From IMG/VR virus record IMGVR_UViG_3300028676_000003, positions 248,001 through 312,000 of that record: 64,000 nt of DNA; one strand, written 5' to 3'. The notes under the pieces are model-generated. The model did no database searches. It saw nothing but the letters and a program-made list of their open reading frames with translations, and was not told where the DNA came from. The position numbers were made by a program, and so were the translations under genes. Below are positions 56,162 through 64,000 of the stretch, in pieces (the first letter of the stretch is position 1; every line of letters starts with the position of its first letter).

Positions 56162-56764
56162 ATGATTTGTAGTGTAGAAGAAGAATTATTCAACGAAATA
56201 AAGGATAAGCGTAACGGCAAGGAATCCAATTACTTAGAGAATCTATTACAAGAGATTTACGAAGCCGATTGCTACGACTTAAAGAAAGTTGAGAAGAAGT
56301 ATCATTGTAGTATCGATAGAAGCATTGATAAAGTACATCAACTTCAATCAAACTTTTATTACACGATTACTTCACCATGGATTAATGCTGAATTGAACCT
56401 AGAAGTTGAAAGTGGAATTAATAACGGAACTCAAATGAATTCTTATTCATTTGAAGGTGATGTAAGACCTGAAACCAAAACTGTTGAAGTCTTGAAGGAT
56501 GTTATTTTGAATGTTGAGAAATATAAAACATTCGAAGCTGAACGACAAGGTTTTACACTAGAAAAAGGTCAGCGGTTATTGAATGAACATAAAGCTAATA
56601 TTTTGAAGCTTCATAGTAACCAAAGCTACGACAATTATGTTACTGGCGGTGGAACAAATGTTACTGATAAACACTACGCTAACGAAGTTGAAAAACTAAG
56701 GAACTTAGGTCTTTATTGGGAATATGTCTATGAAGAAATCGAAATTCCAATTTATTACAAATAA
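56162..56764 (+). CDS. hypothetical protein
   Basis: Likely start is ATG 56162; the upstream part of the track ORF overlaps 55858-56172. Confidence 0.55.
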   Translation: MICSVEEELFNEIKDKRNGKESNYLENLLQEIYEADCYDLKKVEKKYHCSIDRSIDKVHQLQSNFYYTITSPWINAELNLEVESGINNGTQMNSYSFEGDVRPETKTVEVLKDVILNVEKYKTFEAERQGFTLEKGQRLLNEHKANILKLHSNQSYDNYVTGGGTNVTDKHYANEVEKLRNLGLYWEYVYEEIEIPIYYK

Positions 56765-57139
56765 GATGAAAGAAGAACATAAAGTTAAATTGGTAGATAT
56801 GCTTGGTGAGGAAAAAGCCAATCTAATCTTCAAGCAAGTAGAAGACCAAGCAAAGTTAAATGAAATTCACGAAAAGGCTAAAAAAGATGAAGAAGCAAGA
56901 ATGGTTAATGCCATGATTGATAAGGGTTATCTTATAAGTGGTGAATACTATTCGGGCCACAGGTTCCGTGGGAAGCACGTAGCAATGTGGGATGGTCAAG
57001 ATAATTGTTTTAGAACAATCAATTTCAAAATGGGAAGTTTTTTTGTTGAAAAGTTACCTTATTTTGGAGACGTTGCAGATACAAATCAAGATGGTTTTAT
57101 ACCATTTGATAGGATTGAAAAAAGAAAAATCTAGAAATT

Positions 57140-57514
57140 ATGAAATATACGTGGTTAGTTAAAAGAGTTAAAGCTGTTCAAGCCGTTAGAGATTATCTAG
57201 GTGTTGGTTATATTGAAGCAGTTTCAAAATACAATGAAATAATTGAGTTTTTAGATGGAACCAAAAATTTGGAGAACGAGCATAATCTACATAATTCATC
57301 ATTGGGTAGTATTGCTTTTGGTTTACGATATCGAGGAATCATTTCGTTTGAAACACAAGATGATGTCGAGGATAAAAAAGAACAAGAAAGACAGACGATT
57401 ATTTCTCATGAAAACAAAAAAGCTAAAGAATGGTTTGATAAACAAACTGAGTTTGACCAAGAAATGATTAATCGTTTAATTAGAATGAATCAAGTAGGCC
57501 CAGCAATGGGGTAA
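57140..57514 (+). CDS. paralog 1 of a tandem family with a ribosomal L7/L12-CTD-like motif
   Basis: AVQAVRDYLGVGYIEA; C-term A.EWF......QEMI..L. Confidence 0.55.
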   Translation: MKYTWLVKRVKAVQAVRDYLGVGYIEAVSKYNEIIEFLDGTKNLENEHNLHNSSLGSIAFGLRYRGIISFETQDDVEDKKEQERQTIISHENKKAKEWFDKQTEFDQEMINRLIRMNQVGPAMG

Positions 57515-57531
57515 AAAGAAAAATAATTAGT

Positions 57532-57915
57532 ATGGGACCAAAAGTAGATTTAAGAGATTTTAAATGGGTTTTAGAAAGAACAAAAGCAATTGTTGCTATT
57601 GGTAAAGAAGAAGGCATGGGTCTTACGGTTGCCAAAAACACCTATGAGAAGATAAATGCGATTGTTGCTGATGGAATTTATTCAGTAGATTCTAACACAC
57701 CTTTTGAGGACAGAAATTATATTTGTTTTTTGGAAAGACTAAAATATAGGGGTGTTTTGTCATATACTGAATGGGACTATCATAGGGAAGAACAAGCAGA
57801 ACGTTATCGACTTGAAGAAGAAACACATGCCAAGGCTGTTAAGTGGATGAAATCACTAAGCAAAGAGGAACAAGAAATGGTACAAACACTAATGAATGGA
57901 ATGATTCTTAGATAA
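57532..57915 (+). CDS. paralog 2 of the tandem family
   Basis: AIVAIGKEEGMGLTVAK; C-term A.KWM.SL..EEQEMVQTL. Confidence 0.55.
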   Translation: MGPKVDLRDFKWVLERTKAIVAIGKEEGMGLTVAKNTYEKINAIVADGIYSVDSNTPFEDRNYICFLERLKYRGVLSYTEWDYHREEQAERYRLEEETHAKAVKWMKSLSKEEQEMVQTLMNGMILR

Positions 57916-57926
57916 AAACAAAAATT

Positions 57927-58310
57927 ATGGTAGCAATATTAATAACATACAATAAATGGCTTACAGAGTCTAAGTTATTTGTAGTAAAAGAAGTGAAGAT
58001 GTTCGCAGGAATTGGACTTAAAGAGGCCAAGGATTTTGTGGACGAAATTGATAATAACATCCGTTTGGGTAAAACTATTTCTATTGGAAAAGGGAGTGAA
58101 ACACACGAAATACTAAAATTCTTAAAAGAGAAAGACTTACTTTCATTTGTGGAAGCTCATAAGACTGGGCTAAAGAAAGAAAATCATCGTGTGGTTGCTA
58201 AGCGTAGCAAGGAATATGATATAGCTAGGTCTTGGTTCGATTCTTTGCACCCAAAGAAACAAGCTATGATTCAAACGCTAATAAACGAAGAAAATGGCAT
58301 TTCAGGATAA
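57927..58310 (+). CDS. paralog 3, ribosomal L7/L12-CTD-like
   Basis: KL.VVKEVK.FAGIGLKEAKDFVD. Confidence 0.65.
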   Translation: MVAILITYNKWLTESKLFVVKEVKMFAGIGLKEAKDFVDEIDNNIRLGKTISIGKGSETHEILKFLKEKDLLSFVEAHKTGLKKENHRVVAKRSKEYDIARSWFDSLHPKKQAMIQTLINEENGISG

Positions 58311-58992
58311 ATACGGAAGAACCCTACATTTTGATTTTAGTCCTGGAACTACATCGGATGATAGAATAAATACAGAATGGAGAGAGCAGGTACAGAAGTT
58401 TCCTAAGCTGATTCATACTGAGAAACTAGACGGAGAAAACTCTTGTCTATCTCAATATGGTGTCTTTGCTAGGTCACATGCGGCACCTACACTACATCCA
58501 TGGGCTAACCACTTGAAAGAGAAGCAATCAGTAATTCAACATGACCTAAAAAGCATGGATTTTGAAATATTTGGTGAAAACCTATATGCTTTACACTCAA
58601 TCATTTACCCTGAACTTACAGCACATTTCTATGTGTTTGGAATTAGGGTCCTTGATAAGTGGCTTTCATGGGAAGAAACCAAGCAATGGGCTGGATTCTT
58701 TGATTTTCAAGTGGTTCCCGAATTGGGAATTCAAGATACAACTGAACCTGAACTAATAAAATCAAGGGTACTAGAATTAGGTAGTCAGCCAAGCGTATTT
58801 GGTTCACAACAAAATAATACTGACCCGCTTATTGATTGTACACGTGAAGGTATTGTAAGTAGGAATATAGACGAATACACAGTTGAAGGTTTCAAAGAGA
58901 ATATCTTCAAATATGTGAGAAAAGACCACGTTCAAACGGACGTTCATTGGAGTAAAACAATAACAAGAGCAAGACTAATACACGAATACTAA
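58294..58992 (+). CDS. RNA ligase family protein
   Basis: KY.RT.H..FSPG..SDD, TEKLDGEN, GENLYA.HSI.Y, REGIV, FKYVR..HVQTD.HW. Confidence 0.85.
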   Translation: MAFQDKYGRTLHFDFSPGTTSDDRINTEWREQVQKFPKLIHTEKLDGENSCLSQYGVFARSHAAPTLHPWANHLKEKQSVIQHDLKSMDFEIFGENLYALHSIIYPELTAHFYVFGIRVLDKWLSWEETKQWAGFFDFQVVPELGIQDTTEPELIKSRVLELGSQPSVFGSQQNNTDPLIDCTREGIVSRNIDEYTVEGFKENIFKYVRKDHVQTDVHWSKTITRARLIHEY

Positions 58993-59403
58993 TGTTAGAA
59001 ATATTTTTAACCATTTATATGGTATTGATTTGTGGAATACTTTTAAATATCTTAGCTGGAACAGCATTTGATAGTTATTATGATAGAAGCAAAAAAGGTT
59101 TTTTATTAGGATGTTCATTGCTAATAATAAGTTGGTTTATACATGGATTATTAATTCTATGGGGACATGGGAATTAGAAATCTAATTGGAGCGATTGCCT
59201 CAGCCCATCAACGAAATAAGACCAAACCAAGAGGTAAAGAGGAAAAAGAGGTTTTAGAGCCTGACCATACTGGTTTTGTCCCTTATACAAAAGGATGGAA
59301 AGAGAAGCACTTAGAATGGGCCAATGCTGGCTTATGTGGTGAGTGTGGTGAACCATCGGGTGATGAATTAGGTATTTGTAATGAATGCCGTTGGAGTTAA
59401 ATC

Positions 59404-59730
59404 ATGGGAAAGAAAGAAATTCGTAGAGACTTCAGAAATGACGTTTTTACAAGAGATAAAAATACCTGTAAAGTATGTGGTGAAGTCCGAGAGTTAAGTC
59501 TTTTGGATGCTCACCACATTACTGATAGAGGGGAGATGCCTAATGGTGGTTACGTCAAAGAAAATGGTATTACCGTTTGTAAGGAAGACTGCCATTTGAA
59601 GGTTGAATGGTTCCATATCACTGAAGGTAAAGAATGGGAAGAAGGACTTCACCCTGACGACTTGTATAAGATGATTGGTTCATCTAAGGAGTTGGCTATT
59701 CAAAAAAGTGAGAGATTGCTTGCGAGATAA
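59404..59730 (+). CDS. HNH endonuclease
   Basis: VF.RD..TCKVCG, LDAHHI, NGITVC..DCH. Confidence 0.8.
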   Translation: MGKKEIRRDFRNDVFTRDKNTCKVCGEVRELSLLDAHHITDRGEMPNGGYVKENGITVCKEDCHLKVEWFHITEGKEWEEGLHPDDLYKMIGSSKELAIQKSERLLAR

Positions 59731-59754
59731 CTTAATAATTTGTACCTTTGTAAT

Positions 59755-60471
59755 ATGGAATTTAAAAAGAAAGAAATAATCGGAATGATTCACTTGGCTG
59801 GCCCTGATGTGGTTGAAAAAGCTATGGAAGAAATCAAAATATATGAGGAAGAAGGTCTTTCAGGTATCATCATTGAAAATTATCACGGTAATACCAGTGA
59901 AGTTTTGAAGGTATTATCTCGATTAGAGCATCAACCAACTAGTCTTAGTGTAGGTATTAATATTCTACCTAATGAGTTCGAATTTGCTTTTAAGCTTTGT
60001 GATGATTATGAGTTTATTGATTTCATTCAATTAGACTATATCGCTGGTGCTTATGCTATTGGAGACAAGGTAATTAAGCTTGATGCAGATAAATTTATTG
60101 AGTTATCGATGAACCACAGCAAGGTTGAGGTTTACGGTGGCGTTTGGCCTAAATATTATAAACCATTGAAAGATAGTGTTCTTAGCGTTGATTTATTTGA
60201 TGCTGTTTTCCTTGGAAGTGCCGTTGTTGTAACTGGTGAAGGTACTGGTTATGAAACACCTCTTGATAAGGTGAAAGAATTTGCTACCCTAATTGATGGT
60301 AAGGCTCCGCTAATTGTTGGAGCAGGACTTACAGCTGAAAATGTTAAAGAGCAACTTGAATTTGCTCAAGGTGGTATTGTTGGTAGTGCTTTTAAACCTA
60401 ACGGTCGAACTCAGCAAATGGTTGATAGAGACTTGGTTAAAGCTTTTATGGACGAAGTAAAAAAACTATGA
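59755..60471 (+). CDS. BtpA/SgcQ-family TIM-barrel protein
   Basis: IGMIHL, IIENY, VGINIL.N, AVVVTG.GTG, IVG.G.T.EN, IVGSAFK. Confidence 0.85.
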   Translation: MEFKKKEIIGMIHLAGPDVVEKAMEEIKIYEEEGLSGIIIENYHGNTSEVLKVLSRLEHQPTSLSVGINILPNEFEFAFKLCDDYEFIDFIQLDYIAGAYAIGDKVIKLDADKFIELSMNHSKVEVYGGVWPKYYKPLKDSVLSVDLFDAVFLGSAVVVTGEGTGYETPLDKVKEFATLIDGKAPLIVGAGLTAENVKEQLEFAQGGIVGSAFKPNGRTQQMVDRDLVKAFMDEVKKL

Positions 60472-60472
60472 T

Positions 60473-60973
60473 ATGGAATGTAAAACTATTAAGTTCGTTA
60501 AAAAAAATGGTGAAGCAGTAATAGTAAATAAAGTAAAATATCCTAATTTTTTTGAAGCTGAAGCTCAAGCAAATGGAATAAATACACAATCTAAGGTATT
60601 CACTAAAAGAATGGCTTATCATTGTAGTATTTGTGGTCATTATCACGTTGGAACTTCGATTGAAGCACTAAAGAAACCGAAACCCAAAGATAAAAAAATA
60701 AAGCTTATTGGTGGTATCAAGATGCCGAAGGTAGTTGGTAGTATTGATTTACGATTGTTTAATAATCCACAACCAAGAGTCAAAAAAGTGATGAATAGCG
60801 TTTATGTTAATCGAAAAATTTATCATTATATGATAAAGATTAAGATTGTTGAAGTAATCTGCCCTGATGGAAAGAAAAAAAGACCTAAAATTGATAAAAT
60901 TCTTGGACAACAAAAAAAGCTTAACCAAAAAAAGATAATTGAATACATCTCTAAAGAGATAGCAAAAAAATAG
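60473..60973 (+). CDS. Zn-ribbon hypothetical protein
   Basis: AYHCSICGHYHVG; paralog of 62099-62374. Confidence 0.6.
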   Translation: MECKTIKFVKKNGEAVIVNKVKYPNFFEAEAQANGINTQSKVFTKRMAYHCSICGHYHVGTSIEALKKPKPKDKKIKLIGGIKMPKVVGSIDLRLFNNPQPRVKKVMNSVYVNRKIYHYMIKIKIVEVICPDGKKKRPKIDKILGQQKKLNQKKIIEYISKEIAKK

Positions 60974-60978
60974 AAATC

Positions 60979-62091
60979 ATGTGGAAGTTTAAGTATTACG
61001 ATATAGAGAAGGGTCCTGATTGGACAGCAATTGAAAGGAATTGCGAGTGGTTTCGTGATATGAAAGACGTTCCACAAGACAAGATATGGCATGCCGAAGG
61101 TGATGTTCAAATCCATACAAAAATGGTTTGTGAAGCACTTATCCAATTGTCTGAATTTCAAGAACTTAGTGAAGAAAAGAAACACATTATGTTTACAGGT
61201 GCGCTTATGCACGACATAGAGAAACGTTCTACAACTACAACTGAGTTCAAGAATGACAGAGAGTGTATTATTGCTCCTAAGCATGCTGAAAGAGGTGAGA
61301 AAACAGCAAGAGAAATTCTTTATATGGATTTTGATTGTCCTTATCATTCTAGAGAACAAATCTGTAAGATTGTTAAGTGGCACGGGAAGCCTCTACACGA
61401 TGCATCTAATAAGACACTTGCTAGACTAGCAACACAAGTTCAATTACCATTTCTAGCAATGATTGCAAAGGCCGATATTCTTGGCCGTATTTGTACTGAT
61501 GCTGAAGAACACTTGGAAAGAATTGAATTTTTCCAAATGCAAGCAGAAGACATTGGTTGTTGGGGTCGTACAATGTACTTTCAAAATCAATTGATTGAAT
61601 ATGAAGCTTTAAAAACGGGTAATTTATATTCACATCGTTTTGATGATACGAAGTTTGAGGTAATGATGATGTCCGCAATCCCAGGTTCAGGCAAAGACCA
61701 CTACGTTAAGAATAACCTTCAAGGGTGGCCTGTAATCAGTCTTGACGATATTAGAGCTGAGCTTAAGGTTAAGCCTTTAGATAAAAAGGGTAACGGACAA
61801 GTGATTCAACTAGCTAAAAAGAGAGCTAAGGAACTAATGGCTAAGCATACAAATTTTGTATGGAATGCCACAAATATAACTCAACAAATGAGAGGTCAGT
61901 TGATTGAGTTATTTGAAGAATATGGTGGAAAGGTAACAATTGTTTATATTGAGGTCCCTTATAAGACTCTTATCAAGCAAAATAACGATAGAGAAGCGAT
62001 AGTTCCTCAAAGTGTTATTGAAAAGATGATTAGAAAATGGGAACCACCTATTCGTGAAGAAGCATATAGAATATTAACTTTTACAAATTAA
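60979..62091 (+). CDS. HD phosphohydrolase + P-loop (AAA_33) kinase fusion, RNA end-healing type
   Basis: PQD..WHAEGDV..HT, LMHDIEK, AD..GR; then IPGSGKD, ISLDDIR, VWNATN.....R. Confidence 0.85.
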   Translation: MWKFKYYDIEKGPDWTAIERNCEWFRDMKDVPQDKIWHAEGDVQIHTKMVCEALIQLSEFQELSEEKKHIMFTGALMHDIEKRSTTTTEFKNDRECIIAPKHAERGEKTAREILYMDFDCPYHSREQICKIVKWHGKPLHDASNKTLARLATQVQLPFLAMIAKADILGRICTDAEEHLERIEFFQMQAEDIGCWGRTMYFQNQLIEYEALKTGNLYSHRFDDTKFEVMMMSAIPGSGKDHYVKNNLQGWPVISLDDIRAELKVKPLDKKGNGQVIQLAKKRAKELMAKHTNFVWNATNITQQMRGQLIELFEEYGGKVTIVYIEVPYKTLIKQNNDREAIVPQSVIEKMIRKWEPPIREEAYRILTFTN

Positions 62092-62098
62092 ATATGAT

Positions 62099-62374
62099 AT
62101 GGAATGCACAACCAAACACATCAACCCTGTTAGTGGGTTAGAAGAAGATAAACCTAAGAAACCGTTCAACACAAATGAACAAGCAATTTCACATGCTAAG
62201 TATGTAAATGGACTACCTGACAGAACCTACAAGGTTGTTGCCTATAAGTGCCCTGTTTGCTTCAAGTTTCATGTTGGACGTAATGGTAAACCACTCACCA
62301 AGAAGTATGTGGATAAAATAACAAAACCAAAGACATTCCAAGGGTTTAAAATTATTGGAAAAATTGAATTATGA
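62099..62374 (+). CDS. Zn-ribbon hypothetical protein
   Basis: AYKCPVCFKFHVG. Confidence 0.6.
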   Translation: MECTTKHINPVSGLEEDKPKKPFNTNEQAISHAKYVNGLPDRTYKVVAYKCPVCFKFHVGRNGKPLTKKYVDKITKPKTFQGFKIIGKIEL

Positions 62375-62796
62375 TTGAAAAATTTAGAATTATATTTGTA
62401 ACAGTTCTGTTAGTAGGACTATTTGCATATTCTATAAATGCTATACATTTCTTTATAAAGAATGACACATTTATTCATTATCAAGATTGTGGTAAGGTAG
62501 TAGGAAGTTCAAGTGAAGACAGACCAGTAAAACATGGAAGTGAAACTGAGTTTTATTTATTGATGCAATACGAAAAACAAGGCTTCAAAACTCAAGATGT
62601 TGGCGTTACAACCTATTACCAATACAAGGATGCTATCGGTAAGAAGCTATGTTTTGAACAATCAGAACCAAATCCAGCGATATCAACGATATCCGACCAC
62701 ATTAAACATTTCCTAGGAGTTTTCTTTATAGTTGTTTACGTTATAGTTTTTTTGGTTATATTTATAGGATGGTGCGCAGGCGACCTGAAAATATAA
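62371..62796 (+). CDS. membrane protein
   Basis: TM helices at both ends. Confidence 0.6.
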   Translation: MIEKFRIIFVTVLLVGLFAYSINAIHFFIKNDTFIHYQDCGKVVGSSSEDRPVKHGSETEFYLLMQYEKQGFKTQDVGVTTYYQYKDAIGKKLCFEQSEPNPAISTISDHIKHFLGVFFIVVYVIVFLVIFIGWCAGDLKI

Positions 62797-62821
62797 TAAC
62801 GAAAAGATTTATAACATATGA

Positions 62822-63394
62822 ATGAATATTAAACAAAGACTTAGAGAGGTTTTATTAGAAGCCGAAAAAAAGGACCACAAACGAGAGTATGGTTGCCTTA
62901 TGGTTTTCTTAGATGTTGACAAGAAAGCTTGGAAAGAATTACAAGATATGATTGACAAGGACGACTTGTATACAGAAAAAGACGATGATGGTTATGGTCT
63001 AGAAGATAAACCACACGTTACAGTACTTTACGGACTTCATGGAGAGATTGAAGATAAGGAATTAGAGGTTGAAATCAATAAGATTACAGAACCTAAGATT
63101 TCTTTTAAGAATATTTCAACATTTGAGGCCGATAAGTATGATGTATTGAAATTTGATGTATCGAGTAGCGACTTGGTTAAACTTAACAAGAAATTCAAGG
63201 AATTTCCACATACTAGTACGTTCCCTAATTATCATCCTCATTGTACAATTGCTTATCTGAAAAAGGGTGTTGCTGAAAAGTACATCAAAAAGGCTAAGGA
63301 TTTGGTTAAGATGGATATGGAACCTGAAAAGGTTGTTTATTCTAAGGTTGATGGAACTGAGAAGAATTATAAAATAAATAAAAAAGAGGCTTAA
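62822..63394 (+). CDS. 2H phosphoesterase, T4 gp57B/Acb1-like
   Basis: PHVTVLYG and YHPHCTIAY (two HxT motifs), with YDVLK between them. Confidence 0.75.
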   Translation: MNIKQRLREVLLEAEKKDHKREYGCLMVFLDVDKKAWKELQDMIDKDDLYTEKDDDGYGLEDKPHVTVLYGLHGEIEDKELEVEINKITEPKISFKNISTFEADKYDVLKFDVSSSDLVKLNKKFKEFPHTSTFPNYHPHCTIAYLKKGVAEKYIKKAKDLVKMDMEPEKVVYSKVDGTEKNYKINKKEA

Positions 63395-63406
63395 CACCTC
63401 TTTTTT

Positions 63407-63553
63407 TTATTTACCTTGACCTTTGTTTTTCTTAAGATAGTTCTTAGAACCTTTAAGTTTTGAGGCTTTTGATTTTGAGTGAACGCCTGGACGTTTCTTT
63501 CTTGTTTTGTGTACTTTTACACTTGTTGTAGTCCCTTTTGCTTTTGTTGCCAT
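63407..63553 (-). CDS. small very basic protein (48 aa)
   Basis: MATKAKG...KNKGQGK; TATTTATA motif upstream on the minus strand. Confidence 0.6.
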   Translation of the reverse strand: MATKAKGTTTSVKVHKTRKKRPGVHSKSKASKLKGSKNYLKKNKGQGK

Positions 63554-63625
63554 AGTATGTGTTTTTCTTATAAATACTTGCATACTTGGAAAAAAAATAG
63601 TACTTTTGTAAAAATAATTTAAAAT

Positions 63626-63946
63626 ATGAAAAATACAATTTACATTGACATTGACACAGACAGAGAACAAGTAATCCTTTTAGGAAAAGGAGCTGATTCT
63701 CCACCACCAACATCACCTGAAGAAGCCAAAGAAATGGTATTAAATGATGTTGAATGTATGACAGAAGCGTTGATATCACTGATGCATTTAGCACATGAAA
63801 ATAAGTTTGGAGACAAAGAAGTTTTATTTGATGGTGTGATGAAAAAATTCTTCGATTATCGTAAAACATTCAATGTTGAAGTAGACATTGACCAACCAAC
63901 AGAGCCTTCTGAAACAGAAGATAATACGAACGAAACTAATGAATAA
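63626..63946 (+). CDS. hypothetical protein
   Basis: ORF after the TTG...TACTTTTGT promoter. Confidence 0.6.
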   Translation: MKNTIYIDIDTDREQVILLGKGADSPPPTSPEEAKEMVLNDVECMTEALISLMHLAHENKFGDKEVLFDGVMKKFFDYRKTFNVEVDIDQPTEPSETEDNTNETNE

Positions 63947-64000
63947 TGGACGAATCAAGAAAGAAAGTGATTGCAACCATAAATTCATGCACGCAATTAC

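Noticed and set aside
613-63869. Most minus-strand and nested alternative-frame ORFs
   Set aside because: They lie antisense to or inside well-supported + genes and have atypical composition. Only 20155-20481 and 63407-63553 were kept.
1-64000. CRISPR array, rRNA, integrase/transposase
   Set aside because: No regularly spaced repeats or diagnostic motifs were seen; the recurrent TACCTTTGT is a promoter.

Overview
This AT-rich, densely packed window has almost all genes on the + strand and looks like part of a large (jumbo-type) tailed-phage genome. The host is probably Bacteroidota (Flavobacterium-like): there are about 25 copies of the TTG-N20-TAcctTTGt promoter, no Shine-Dalgarno motifs were noticed, and Flavobacterium-type DUF3127 and RfbD genes are present. 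It holds no structural or replication core genes other than a DNA ligase. It is an accessory region for translation support and counter-defence. Protein genes include three RNA ligases, HD/kinase and 2H phosphoesterases (one Acb1-like), NADAR, PARP, an ADP-ribosylglycohydrolase, a small alarmone hydrolase, minimal LeuRS/GluRS/ArgRS and an ABC-transporter operon. RNA genes include about 33 canonical tRNAs in three arrays, many non-canonical tRNA-like RNAs and an ~800-nt GOLLD-like RNA. Main finding: each tRNA array is headed by a promoter, a short leader ORF and an intrinsic terminator, with a competing antiterminator inside the leader. The leader codons match the isotypes of the downstream array (L/V/C; F/D/A/E; T/Y/Q/K/P/G). 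This suggests ribosome-stalling attenuators that switch on phage tRNAs, and the matching synthetases, when the cognate charged tRNAs become scarce. Second finding: a family of CAGCAA-stem elements carries anticodon arms, circularly permuted tRNAs or an interrupted tRNA. All calls come from reading motifs by eye; no searches or folding programs were run.
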